This document shows positions 1 through 12,640 of a DNA stretch of 64,000 nucleotides, piece by piece. Where the stretch lies: the NCBI RefSeq assembly GCF_021028975.2, contig NC_059427.1:117738001-117802000 (forward strand), read 5' to 3'. The position numbers and the translations under genes were made by a program. Position 1 is the first letter of the stretch. Each line of letters starts with the position of its first letter. This DNA comes from Sphaerodactylus townsendi. Lineage: Eukaryota. The notes below the pieces were generated by a model. It was given only the letters and a program-made list of their open reading frames with translations, was not told where the DNA came from and searched no databases.

Positions 1-886
1 ATTAACCATTATTTCTTAAACTTTTTGAAGTTGTACACCTCCTGTAATCTCTCAGTCTTTTGCCTACCCTGATATTCACCTGACTCCCACACTTGCGCAG
101 CTGCATGTCTGTTTGTGGGCTACTCTACTCCCTGTGCAATTTCATTCCCAGTCTGAGGAGAAGGAAATTATGAAGGAAATTATGCCTCACCCTTCTCTTT
201 CCATGGCTACAGTGGGGCTGCAGCACTGGGTGCCACTGAACTGTGCCTTTTCATAGCCTTGATAGGCAGGTTACCAGCAAGACATACAGATTGATTACCT
301 TCCACCTGCTAGTAGCGTCTACCACCCAGTTTGAGAAATTAGATCTCTGAATCTTGCAGAAATAAACTATGGTCAAAGCAAAAGTAGTGTTGTCTTAGCA
401 TTTTTCCCCAAAGGAGAAAGAGCTCTTAATATCTTCCTGTTGTCTTGAAATAGCATGGACTAAAAAAGATGTATAGAGATTGTTAACTCAGTTTGGAAAC
501 TTGCACCTTAAAATCTGTGCTTAGAGCTTTCTTTCTTTAAAGTAAATAGAAATGTTTCAGCCGCTGTTGCTTTCGTACAGGCAAGGGCTTCTTTCAGAAC
601 AGGTGTGTAGAAAGGAAGAGGCATCTTATCTTAAAAGAGACAGGAGTTCAGGACAATAATGGGAAACATTAGAACTCATGGTGCAACTGGGTTCATTACT
701 TAGAACCCCAAAGCCTAAAAATATATCTGCTTGAGAGGAGTAAGCCAGTTATTATCAAGTTTCATTTCAAAGTGGATAAGGAGAGTAAGAATTGTCTAGA
801 ATTCCAGGTTTCTTGTCCAGTGGAATTGTGTTAGTGTAAACAGAAGCGGAAGGTAGACTTGGTGTTGCTGCAGCACTCTCCCATAA

Positions 887-1166
887 AAAAGGTAAAGTTT
901 CCCCTTCAGTCGTGTTCTACCCTGGGGTACCACTGCAGGCAGTGATTTTATAGGCAAACCGTTTTTGTGGGGTAGTTTGCCATTGCTTTCCCCAACTATT
1001 CTTTACCCCCTAGCTATGAGCTAGGTACTCATTTAGCGACCAAGATATGGAAGGATGGCTGAGTTGACCTTGAGCCAGCTGCCAGGATATCTGACCCACA
1101 GGGGGCTTGAACTCCTGACTGTGTGAGTGGCAATGCAAGCACTTAACCACTATGCCACGCTGCTCC
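887..1166 (-). mobile_element. Sauria SINE
   Basis: aaaggtaaag (reverse ACCTTT tail), gctaggtactcattt...ggaaggatgg core, reversed tRNA-like head. Confidence 0.8.
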
Positions 1167-2464
1167 TCACTCTCCCATAATAGCACACTAATCAGTCTTC
1201 CAGGACCTTGCTGCCACAATCATGCCCTGTCTGATCTGGAATTGGACCTGATAATATTATATCCATGGACATTCTACCCATGCTGTATACCTCAAGAGTA
1301 TTGTATCAATGAAGGATATTTCTTAGAGCAGAAGGGAGAGTAAATGAGTATCTGTATGGAGTGGAATGCATAGGAAGTTCTGTCAGTAGAACATATTTAA
1401 TTTGATTTCCCCACCCCAGGTTTTGTTATGCTGAAACAACATAAAACTTACAAGGTAATGAAAACTGATGCTATTCAGGAATGAAGAAATTCCAGCTGGA
1501 GTTTTTCTGTTCCGTAACCAAAAGTAAATAAATGCATCAGGTTATAATGAAATATTCAGCTTCATTGGTTAGTATTATTGTTCCATTTTTAGAGCAATGG
1601 TGGTTTGAGTAAAAAGTTGGACCTTAATGAAGCACAAACTGTATTTGCATTTGAACATGTGTACATGTATATATTATCAAATGCCCCCCTATCTTTACTG
1701 AAATGTAAAAAAAAGGTACTTTGTTCTTTTGGGGACTTTCTTATTTTCTAGTAAGGCAGTCTGAAGGCTTCAGTATAATCTCTTTTAGGAGATTGAATGC
1801 ACAAACATTCTTTATGTTCTTAACATTCCTTCGTTCATTTTCCTCTAAAATGTCTGAATTCCTAGCTGCTGGATATAGTTTAATGTAAGTGGAAAAGGCC
1901 ATCTGATTGTTATAGGACAAAGTGAAATGTTTAATTGAAAATATGTGTATTTTAGTAAATTTACTTTTGAAAGGTGGCTGTTTCTGCAGCATTATGGAGA
2001 ACACCTTGTTTGGATTCCCTTTTCAGTGGTTTAATTAATGAAGGAGTATTTATGCTGAAATAGTGTTAGAATAATTTATATTTCTCCATTTCTAGGAAAA
2101 CATCCTTCTTCAGCCTGTTTATTTTAACTCTTCCTCTTTTTGCTGTTCAGGGTAGATAATATCTGGAAACAATAAGTAGTAAAATGCTTTAATAGGGTGC
2201 ATAAAATTAAATCTGCATTCAAATTCTGAAGCAGTTTCTGCTTAGCCTTAAAACTGAGTATTTTTGGTCTCATGCACATCTAAGAGCCTAAATGCCTGTG
2301 GAGGAACTCAGTTGTTGGCTGTGGGCCTTGGACAGTTTTTGTAAGTGCTGATGCAGTTGAAATTTAAATATGTAAGTGGAGAACCAAAGAGAATGCTAGT
2401 ACTGGATGTACACTTGAAGGAAGATGACAGGAGGAAGAAGTAATGGAATTGGAGTTTTATCCTT

Positions 2465-2636
2465 AAGAACATAAGAACAAGCCAGCTGGATCAGACCAGA
2501 GTCCATCTAGTCCAGCACTCTGCTACTCGCAGTGGCCCACCAGATGCCTTTGGGAGCTCATATGCAGGATGCTAAAACAATGGCCTTCTGCTGCTGCTGC
2601 TCCTGAGCACCTGGTCTGCTAAGGCATTTGCAATCT
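2465..2636 (-). mobile_element. CR1 LINE 3' end fragment
   Basis: aagaacataagaa tail and ctggatcagaccagagtccatctagtccagc; same family as 39663-39921. Confidence 0.75.
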
Positions 2637-2735
2637 GAGTAAAAATCCTTGGAGTAAATCTTTAAACTAATGATTAGTAAAATCACTAAGTTACAACATG
2701 GATGTCCATGCAACTTCATGCTGGTTGATATAGAA

Positions 2736-4190
2736 CCGTGATTGCGAACCTATGGCATGGGTGCCCAAGGTGGCTCTCAGAGTCATCTCTGTGGGCACTC
2801 ATGCCATCATCTCCCCCTCCCCCTTCCCCCCTCGCCCAGCCAGAGGCAGCTGCCAGCAGATGGGTTAGGAGTCACGCTGCACAGGCTGGCCGTGCACAAG
2901 GTGCCCTGCCGGCTGGGGCTGAGCTTCAGGGAGGTCCTTTTGAGTCGACCTGATTTGCTGTAAGTACCATCTACCGCCCCACAAGTACCCCCCTCCCCCA
3001 CAAAGCTTGTGAGGCTGGAGGCTGGTACTCTTTTCTTGGCGTGTAACTTTTGGAACCAAACTAAAACTTTGGTGGTAGGATTAAAAAGCAACAGTCTGGG
3101 TGAAGGGCTTCCATTGGGAGGAGTGTGTCTTACAAGAGCAGGACAGGTGCAGTGGTGGGATTCAGGCGCTTGCCCCGATTGGAGTTAACTGTTTGTTAAG
3201 GGGCCCCCTCCCCTGGGAGAGAGAGTGATGGGGCTTTTAGTGCCTCGGAGCTCAGGGTGGGGAGGAGAGATCTTGCAAGGTCCCTAAGCCCACAAAGCCA
3301 ATCCTATTCCCACAGGATCAAAGCAAAAGTACAAAAGACAAAAGGCATTTCACACCGATAAAGAATTGAGCGAAACCAGGCTCCGACCAACTGGCAGGAA
3401 AAGGAGAGGAGCATCCCTTACCGCTCTGAGCATCCCTTCCCCACCCCCCTTGTCAGAATTAGGGCCATTCTGACAGAGGCAAATGTGGGACAGAGGGGTC
3501 CATTTCAAAATATTCTCCATGCTTTTATTTTTCTGTTCCTGTTGCATTTTTGTGGGAAGTCAAGTGCTGTGATGACATGTGAAGGAAAACCCCAGATCAG
3601 ATGGTTGCTCCACAAATTTAGCTTTCCTGAAGTTATCACACCCCTCGCACAGCATTCTTATTTAGGATTGCCTTCTTTGATTGCCTTTTTACTTCTATTT
3701 TGCGGTGGTGGAGTTAGTGGGTTTCAGAAAGCAAAATTTTTACTTCCCTCTTCCCCCACCAGGCCCCCAGTGTGATAATAGTGTAATTATTTCAGGGAGA
3801 TTATTAGCATTAAACTTCAGACCTAGTTTTTGGGAAGCAGTGTAAGTAACCCTGTTAAGCGCTGTTAAACCCCACTAATTTTCATGGCAAGAACTGAAGC
3901 ACAGTCCTTTACCTGGGAGTAAGCTCAGTTGCTGGCAATGAGGCTTGCTTCTGAGCAAACCCTCCTAGGGTCGTGATTCACCCATTCGAAGTGTTGCACG
4001 GTTGCTTCAAAGCAAAGCCACCGACTACCATCAAGCTTACTCCTGAGTAACGCGCACCTTGGAGCCAACCTTTTTTCTAAACTAAAACCTCAGTATTCAG
4101 GTTAAATTGCCGTGTTGGCACTTTGCGATAAATAAGTGAGTTTTGGGTTGCAGTTTGGGCACTCAGTCTCGAAAAGGTTCGCCATCACTG
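2736..4190. mobile_element. Non-autonomous hAT DNA transposon (TIR CAGTGATGGCGAACCT type)
   Basis: Left ccgtgattgcgaacct, right aggttcgccatcactg; exact 8-bp TSD ATATAGAA at 2728 and 4191. Confidence 0.88.
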
Positions 4191-4213
4191 ATATAGAAGA
4201 AAATAGTTTAAAT

Positions 4214-4516
4214 CAGGGCTTCTCAACATGGAGGCCATGGGTACTATGGTGCCTGCCAACGCTTTCCCTGGTGCCTGCCAAGTGCTTTTTCCCCAGTAGG
4301 GCTTCTGAGTGGCTATGCAGAGTAAAAGGTATCTTGTTAAATAGAGCTTTTGCCTGAAATGTTAAAAAAGTTAATTTTATAGTTGTATATGACCTTGATC
4401 CCTGACATTTTGTGATTTTCCTCGCCTCCTGTCACAACCATTTTGTGATTGTGCCTGCCACCCTTTTGTCAGAATTCCAAAGATTCCCACAGACACTAAA
4501 ATGTTGGGGACCACTG
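4214..4516. mobile_element. Old non-autonomous hAT element
   Basis: cagggcttctcaac ... gttggggaccactg; TSD gtttaaat/gtttccat (6/8); related to 43114-43447. Confidence 0.65.
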
Positions 4517-5034
4517 GTTTCCATAAATATATTTATAAGCTGCAAGGAACTTAGTGCTACTTACATACAAGTCATTCGCAGATGGTCTGCCATTTAGCAT
4601 TCTTAGCTTCTACAGAACTGCCACGTATACTCAGAGCCTTGTATTATTATTCAATACTATGTTCTGTAATAGCTAGAAATCTAACCTAAACTTTAAATTT
4701 TAATCTAGTACTTCAGTATCTTTTAAAACACATCTGTCTTTGCAGAAACCAGTTAAAAATATTTTAACTGTAATATCTTTAGATACACATTTTTTCCTGA
4801 TTGGAATTTAAAAAATTAAATTATTATTTTGAAATTTCAAAACCTTAACAAAAACATTCTGTTGTCTAATTTTCAGTGTAAACTTATTCATACTCACGAT
4901 GACTCTACTAGAAAATACCTGTATGGACATTAAAAACATGGGGGGGGGGGGGTGTAATGCCTAGCACATTGTTGCCTTCATATAAATGTTGAAACTGGTG
5001 GTAGTTCCTTTAATTGTGTGTTCTCTGGAGGCGG

Positions 5035-5136
5035 AATCCATCTTGCTGGGTTATTTCTTACCCCATCTGTGGGAGGCAGGATGTAGTTTTTTTTAAGCTT
5101 AGCTTACTTCCTGTGAGACTCCATTTAGGTAGTATT
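5035..5136 (+). repeat. DIRS left inverted terminal repeat
   Basis: Near-identical reverse complement of 10283-10384. Confidence 0.93.
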
Positions 5137-5348
5137 TTTTCCTGCCTCATAAGGGAGCACACGGATCTCAGAGAGACTCCTCAGCTTTTCAGGCTTAGTT
5201 GGTTTTGTTTGTGTGTTTTCTGTCCTTTTTGGTGTGCCCAGTGTGTTGTTATCAGTATTGTTTGGTGTTGCGGTGTCTTAGGGTGTTAGTGAGGTCTAGA
5301 GTGTCCGTTATAGGTTGTGTGTTTTTCCCGCCTTCTTTTCCTCATAAA

Positions 5349-7226
5349 ATGACAGGCCGGGCCTTTTCTCCGCCTAGGCAGTCCTTTCCTAGGAGTTCTG
5401 CGGAGGCTACTAGAGCTGCTTTACCTCGCAGCAAGCAATCCTTCTCTAGAAGCTGCTTGGCTGACCAAGAGATGGGCAATTTTTCCCCCAAGGAGGCCAC
5501 TTGGCTGACCGAGGGCAGGGCAACCAGTGGAAGATTTTTGCTCTGAAGGCCCAGGAAGCAGAGAGGCTGAGGGAGGCCAGAGCAACTGGACAGAGGACTG
5601 GTCTACTGGTGGGGAAGACCTGGAGGACAGGGCTACCGACCAGGCAAGCCTGGGAAGCCGCGCGGCCGACGACGAGCAGACACTGCAGCTGGAGGACAGG
5701 GCTACCGCCCATGAAGAAAGTGGCGCAGTGGCACCGCTGCAGAAAAAAGGCGTGGGGAAGTGCCTCAGCGGCGCCGTGCAGCAGAGCGTCGCAAGAAGAC
5801 GTCACGCAGAGCGCTGCCACGGAAGAGCTTCAGGCGACCAGGCAAGATCTGCTCAGGGCTGGGGGGGCGGGGGAGAGGCCCCTTTCCAGGCACGGCAGGG
5901 GAGAGTCAGGGGTAGCAGGGTTTTTCCCCTGCAGACTTTGTGAACATCTTAATGAGGACGGTTCAGAATGCAGTCACTGGCGTAGAGCCAGCACAGACTG
6001 CAGCCTCCTCACTTCCCAGTCGCTCCTCTGCTCAACCTAGAGTTAGATCCAGGTCGCCCATACAGGGTAGTTCAAGGAAATTGAACATTACTTATGGGGA
6101 CCCCCCTGCATTCCCGGGAGATGAGGAAATGGTGGGGGAGGAGGATTTAGAATATGAACGTTTTTCTGACTCTGAGGAGGTGGTAGCTGATCCAGTTGAT
6201 CAGACTCCACGTTTTTTTCAAGATGGATGACCTGGCCTTCCTCCTGACTAAGGCAATAACAGCTTTGGACCCTGCAGGACCCTGAGGGAGCTAGGGATCC
6301 ACAAGAGGAGTCTTCCAGTAATCCTCCCATTAAGGGCAGACCTCAAGGGAATAGAGATTACTTTCAGGAGGAGGAGGAGGCTCCAGTGTGTTTCCCAGTC
6401 CCTGTTATGTTTGAGAACAAGATCCTGAAGGAGTGGCGTAATCCTGCAGTCAGCAGGGGATTCCCAGCCATATTCAGAAAGTTATATATGATACCAGAAT
6501 TTTTTAGCAAAAGAATTGGTGCACCACTGGTGGATTCTCCAGTTACCAGGTTGCAATTCACTGGGTTAGTCAGTAAGGATGGCGAGGGTGCCCCCAAGGA
6601 CCCACTAGATAAAAGAACAGAGGTGGCTCTGAAGCGAGCGCATGAGGCTGCTGCAGTGGCCATTAAAGCATTAGTTCCTTCATCTATCATAGCCAGGGCT
6701 ACCATGGTTTGGGTTAAACGTCTTTTGGAAATGGTGCCTCCGGGGAGCCAGGTATTAGAGATGGGTTAAATAGGGTACCTTTAGGTATCTCATTCTTAGC
6801 TGATTCCACTGGGGATGCTTTGGCAATGGTGGCTAGATCCATGGCTTCTTCAGTAGTGGCAAGAAGAAATGCCTGGTTGAGGGCCTGGATGGCAGATTTA
6901 CATTCCAAGATGGTTGTAGCTGGCTACTCCTTCTACAGCGAGGTGCTGTTTGGGAAGGAATTGGAAAGCATGCAGATAGAGTCAAAAACAAGAAAAAGAC
7001 CTTGCCCAATATTGTCAGATCTAATTCTTCATCTTCCTTTAGTAGAACAACCTTTCGTACTCAGAGGGCCTTACCTAGACTTTCCAGGGACAACAGGCGA
7101 TCCTTCTGGCAACAACAGCAGCAGCAGTCCTGGCAACCGATCCAGTCCTTTTGGTGCAGAGGCTCCTTTTGTCCTTTTGGAAGATCGGGCAAATTCAACA
7201 AGTCTGACAAGCCAGCAAGGGCATGA
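5349..7226 (+). pseudogene. DIRS gag-like ORF1 (LAP2alpha-like domain), frameshifted
   Basis: Fragments ...PKDPLDKRTEVALKR... and ...ARSMASSVVARRNAWLRAW... spread over several frames. Confidence 0.8.
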
Positions 7227-9054
7227 CTATGCGGACATTCCAATAGGAGGTCGCCTGGCCTTTTTTCCATCAGCCTGGCAGGGTGGTCACGCGGATGCTT
7301 GGATTCGAGGTGATTGTCAACGGATACAGCATCGAGTTCCTCCAGTTACCCAGATCTTGGTTTGTGCCCTCAGCCGCCAGTCACAGCAAGGACAAGATGA
7401 TCAGAATGAACAAAGCGATCCAGCATCTACTTCAGATCAACGCGATAGAGCCGCTGCCGGTGACAGAGAAGTCTTCACGGACTTATTCGCACTTTTTCAC
7501 CATTCCAAAGAAGAAAGGAGACTTAAGACCCATTCTGAATCTGCAGTATATCAACAAGTTTGTCAGACTCTGCAGGTTCAGGATGGAGACTCTCAAGACC
7601 ATCACAGAGGCATTACGTCCGTCTCGTCGTTAGATCTGAAGGAGGCCTATCTCCACGTCCCAGTACATCCAGCACACAGGAGATTCCTGAGATTTGCAGT
7701 TTGGGCTCATCATTTTCAGTATCGAGCTCTACCGTTTGGACTGGCTTCAGCACCTCGAGTTTTTTCAAAAATCCTCTTGGCTTCAATCATTCTGCTGAGA
7801 CAACAGGGTGTGCATGTGCACCCGTATTTAGATGACCTCCTAATTCGTTCTGCGTCCAATAATAGGCTACACAAGACCTCCAGTTAGTCATTCAAGTGAT
7901 GGAGCACCATGGGTTTCAGATCAACTGCGAGAACAGCTCCATGGTACCAAATACCAGAATGGAACATCTGGGAGCTATAATAGACTGAACAAAGAACTCC
8001 CTGTTTGTCACCAACAAGAAAATAGTCAAGATCCAGAGAGCGGTGTTTGCTGTGCTGCAGAGCAATTGGCAACCTCTTCTGAAGTTGGCGAGCCTGTTGG
8101 GATTGTTCATCTCCACCATGGAAATGATTCAGTGGGCAAGGCTACACGCCAAGCCGTTACAGCAGTTCCTGCGTCCCTTTCAAAGAGACATCATGCTACA
8201 AAGGGGCCGCCCGGTTCATTTATCTCGAAGTCTCAGGGTTTGGTCAGTCTTTGGTGGTGGATGTCTAGGATCTCAGCCAATGGAAGACGTACCTGTTCCC
8301 TCATCGACTACAGATCTTCTCAGACGCAAGTCTGCTGGGTTGGGGAGCGACCCTCGGAACGCAGTTTGCGCAGGGCATGTGGATGAGGGAGGAGGCCTGT
8401 CTTCCGATCAACATGTTAGAGATCAGGGCCATTCTTCTCGCTCTCCAACATTTTTGGCAGTCCATCTCTGGGCAGCATGTGTTAGTGAGAACGGACAACA
8501 TGTCCTCCAAGGTTTACATCAACCACCAGGGTGGCTCCAGGTCCACACAGTTGCATCAAGAGGTTCTTCACATTCTGACATTGGCAGAGAAGAATGTCTT
8601 ATCACTCCAGGCAGAGCACATTCAGGGCAAACTGAATGTTCAGGCCGATTGGCTGTGTCGACAGACGATCCAAGAGGCGGAGTGGGGTCTGAACAAGCAA
8701 GTGTTTCGAGCTGTGTGTCTACAGTTCGGCGAACCTCAACTAGATCTCTTCGCCACAGCAGCCAACGCACAACTGCCAGCATTTGTGTCCCGCTTCTACG
8801 ACAGCAAGGCGATAGCCACAGATGCTCTGCCAACTCCATGGCCAAACATTCCACTCTACGCCTTTCCTCCAACCCCAGTGTTGCCCAGGTTTCTGCACAG
8901 GGTCATGCTAGAAGAGGCCCAGCTAATTCTAATAGCACCTTACTGGCCCAGAAGGCCATGGTTTTCAGTCATCCAGGACTTTGTGGTGCAACCTCCATTC
9001 CATCTCCCTCTTCTACAGTACGTATTTATAATACATCCTGGAAAGCCTTCGTAA
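7227..9054 (+). pseudogene. DIRS pol: reverse transcriptase, RNase H and methyltransferase-like domain, disrupted
   Basis: IGGRL, LRPILNL, LDLKEAYLH, LPFGLASAPRVF, YLDD; RNase H INMLEIRA, RTDN, NVQADWL; MT DLFA, YAFPP, IAPYWPRRPWF; several frameshifts and a stop near 7986. Confidence 0.93.
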
Positions 9055-9987
9055 GATGAGGAAGTAGAAAAAGGATTGATCCCATTTCACCAACTGTGGC
9101 CACGATTCTTGACTTTCTCCAGGATGGCTTTGAAGCAGGACTTTGCAGTTCCACACTCAGGACTTCAAGTGGCAGCATTATCTACCGTCTGGGATCCCAT
9201 TCAAGGATGGCTGGCGTCACGCCACCCAGATGTGATAAGGTTTCTCAAAGGAGTGCAGCAGGCGCAGCCTCCAACTATGCATAGGTTTCCATCTTGGAAA
9301 CTGCATGTTGTTTCAAATGCCTTGACAAAATTGCCTTTTGAGCCAGTTCAATCCATCCACCTTCGCTGGCTGAAAGTACTGTTTTTAGTAGCCATAACGT
9401 TGGCCAGAAGAGTTTCTGAGTTGAGGGCGTTATCCGTCAACCCTAATCTGTGTACCTGTCATCCGGACAGAGTGGTACTGCGAACTGGCCTAACCTTCAG
9501 GCCAAAGGTCAGCTCAGAGTTTCATCTGCGACAGGAAATTGTTTTGCCAACTTTTTGCCCATGGCCGTCTCACCCAACTGAGTGCCTCTGGCATCACTTA
9601 GATGTAAGACGTGCAGTTAAAGCCTTCATTGTCCATACAGAGGTCATAGGGCAATGTGACAGTCTCTTTGTCAATGTGGCACAGCCGAATTTAGGTCGCA
9701 GAATGTCAGCATCAGCCATTTCTTCGTCCCTCAAGGCATGCATAATTGAAGCCTACAAGGCCAATAGATTACCAGTGCCAGAGGGCATCTCAGCACACAC
9801 TATCCGATGTGCGGCCACAAATGCAGCATTTAGAAACAAGGTGTCAGTAGAGGACATCTGTAAGGCTGCGATATGGTCTTCACAGTCATCCTTTGTTAGG
9901 CATTATAAGTTACATGCCTGGGCCGCAGCTGAGACAGTGTTCGGTAGACGAGTTCTGGAGCACATAGTAGAGGGCCTTCTACTATGA
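9010..9987 (+). pseudogene. DIRS tyrosine recombinase, disrupted near its N-terminus
   Basis: STVRIYNTSWKAF; ARRVSEL (catalytic R); AHTIR (HxxR); AAIWSSQSSFVRHY (W and catalytic Y). Confidence 0.92.
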
Positions 9988-10023
9988 ATGACCCTCCCTA
10001 ATGGGGTTACTGCTTTAGGAGAC

Positions 10024-10113
10024 CCCAGCAAGATGGAGTCTGCCTCCAGGAGAATGACCCATTGGATACTCACCGTGAAGGGGTCTTCTCCTGGGGGAAC
10101 AAAATCCATCTTG
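10024..10113 (+). repeat. DIRS internal complementary region (ICR)
   Basis: First half complementary to 5021-5050, second half complementary to about 10375-10432. Confidence 0.92.
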
Positions 10114-10282
10114 GCCCTCCCTTCTAGTGTGTCCTCCACTTGTGCTCCATTACCCTTATGTTCAGATACTTGTTCAGGTTAAGATGTTAATTACAGTTAT
10201 ATTGTTTGTTATAGTGCTGTTATAGTCTGTTTCTGTGTATGTTGGGCACTTTTTTCGTTCCGTATTATAGCTCGGACAGTCG

Positions 10283-10434
10283 AATACTACCTAAAATGGA
10301 GTCTCACAGGAAGTAAGCTATGCTAGAAAAAACTACATCCTGCCTCCCACAGATGGGGTAAGAAATAACCCAGCAAGATGGATTCCATTCCCCGAGGAGA
10401 ATACCCCTTCACGGTGAGTATCCAGTGGGTCGTT
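10283..10434 (+). repeat. DIRS right ITR plus 3' extension
   Basis: 10283-10384 inverts the left ITR; 10385-10434 pairs with the ICR. Confidence 0.93.
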
Positions 10435-11154
10435 TTACAAGTGGCAGTGTGTTAAAATTGTTATGCCTTTTTAAGTCAATCGTTTGTGTTCATAGCTGTG
10501 TTAAGTTAGTACTGTTTCCCAGAATAGCAATGTCAAAAAGTTTAAATTGGAAACCCACTGTGAACTGAGTGCTCATTGTGCGATGAGCACATAAGAAAAA
10601 GAAACAAGGAACAAGATAGATGAAAAGTCAGACAGAGTGCAGGATATGGCAATAATGTTTGAGTATCTGCAGTGCTTTAAAATTATTGTTCCTCAGAGAA
10701 AACAGATAGCAGCACTGGTTAAACATTGCATTATCAAGCTGGTTGTGTGTTTGTGTGAATGTGACACACAGAGAGAGAGAAGTGTAATCAACAGCCCTAG
10801 CTTCCTCACAATGGAGTTTTTGTATATTTTTAGAATGACTAATCGGTTTTGGCTGGCTGGAAACTGACCTGCTCTTCCTGCTGCTTATGCCCCACTTGTC
10901 CTAATCTTCCTCTGGGATGTTTATGATGTAACAGTTGTTTTCTGTGTGTGTGGAGGGGAATATCTCTGATACAGAATGATACATCTATTTACCTATTTTG
11001 CAGGAGTGGGTCAGTCTTTGGATAGCTAAATCCACAGATTTGAGCCCTCATTGAAAGAAAGAAGATGTTTCTCTAAACATGGAGGACACCTGGTTTGTAG
11101 AAAAATCTTAAGACTTTTAAAAAATATTGAGGGGTGTGTGTGTTAAATCAAGAT

Positions 11155-12640
11155 GTCTTGAGAGGTGTGCTCCCTGGGGCAAATATTCGTGATATCACAA
11201 AAAGGCTGATAAGACTTGTCAAGCCCACTGATAGTTATTGCTTTCTTTTGATCCACATGGGAACAAATCACATAGCTTTTGGGATATCATGAAGGATTTT
11301 GAGCTTCTGGGAAGGAAGCTGAAGAATCTGGATGCACAGGTTGTCATTTCATCTCTACTCCCGATTGAAGGACATGGCCTAGGCAGGGAAAGAAAAATAG
11401 TGGAGGTGAATAACTGGCTCTGCAGGTGGTACCACCAGGAATGTTTTGGCTTATTGGATCATGGTCTGTGGTTTCATAAAGATGGACTACTAGCAACGGA
11501 TGGGTTGCACTTCATGGCTGTAGGTAGGAGCATTTTTGCGAATAGACCCGCAAACCTGATCAGGAGGACTTTAAACTGAGTTATGTGGAAGAAAGAGACA
11601 GTATTTAAATGGGTGGGAATTCATCAAGTGCTAGAGATAATAGTCTGAAGGTTAAAGAGAGAACTGAACGAATAGTTCAAGAATCCAACAGTGGGAGGGA
11701 ACAAATCTTAAATAAACAGCCAGAGGAAATGAACCATGGCCTTAAATGTCTCTACACTAATGCATAGAGCATGGGAAATAAGATGAACTCAAAGTCTTAG
11801 CACAACGAAGCAAATATAACATAATAGGCATCACTGAAACCTGGTGGGATGAGTCTCATTATTGGAATGTAATAATTGAGGGGTATAGCCTATTTCAGAG
11901 AAATAGACCAAGGAGTAGGAAAGGAGGAGGAGTAGCATTATACATCAGGGATGATGATACCTGTGAGCTGGTCCATAACTGAAATCCTGGAAGTCAGGTT
12001 GAGAGCATCTGGGTAAAAATTAAGGGGAAGAGAGACAAAAGTGATCTCATTATGGGGTCTATTACAGACCCTCAAGCCAGATTAAGAGTTGGATGATCCC
12101 TTCCTGGAACAGATGACCAAACTTTCAGAAAGGCGAGAAGTAGTAGTAATGGGAGATTTCAGTTATTCTGATATTTGTTGGGGGTCAAGTTCTGCCAAGG
12201 TCAAACAAATTCTTCACTTGCCTTGCAGACAATTTCATGGTCCAGAAGGTGGAAGAGGCAACAAGTGGATTGGCTATTTTAGATCTGTACCTAAATGCGA
12301 GGTATCTAAGGAAAGCAGGATGGATGTCTAAAGAACTTTCAACTGAGCTAAGATTTCAAAGGGACATGTACAAGAAATGGAAAAGAGGGGAAGATAAAGC
12401 ACGCTCAGGCTTGCTAGTAGAGAGGTAAAAACAATTTTAAAAGGCTATTTGGTTATATCCATAGCAAAAGGAAGAAAAAAAGATATGATAGGTGGAGAAG
12501 ATGGCAAAATGCTAACAGCGGACAGAGAAAAGGCAGAACTATTCAACATTTTCTTTGCTTCAGTCTTTCCCCAAAAGGAAAACAGTGCTCAACCAGAGGG
12601 GAATGGAACAGAAGATGAAGTGGGGGTATTGATAGGTAAG
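11155..12640 (+). mobile_element. CR1 LINE fragment: ORF1 SGNH esterase part and ORF2 endonuclease part, with internal deletions
   Basis: ORF 11238-11579 (VNNWL, DGLHF, LIRRTLN); then LKCLYTNA, GITETWW, RKGGGVALY, VVMGDFS, DREKAELFNIFFASVF. Confidence 0.9.

Larger units (their letters stand above)
5020..10434 (+). mobile_element. Full-length, decayed DIRS1-type tyrosine-recombinase retrotransposon
   Basis: Order gag, RT, RNase H, MT, YR; inverted terminal repeats; internal complementary region; GTT at both ends. Confidence 0.95.

Noticed and set aside
5597-5710. Spaced direct repeats (ctggaggacagggctaccg x2) as a CRISPR-like array
   Set aside because: Only two clear copies, inside DIRS gag, in a eukaryote
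9076-9987. 303-aa recombinase ORF as a domesticated gene or phage integrase
   Set aside because: It lies within DIRS termini, has a stop and frameshift at its N-terminus, and neighbouring domains are decayed
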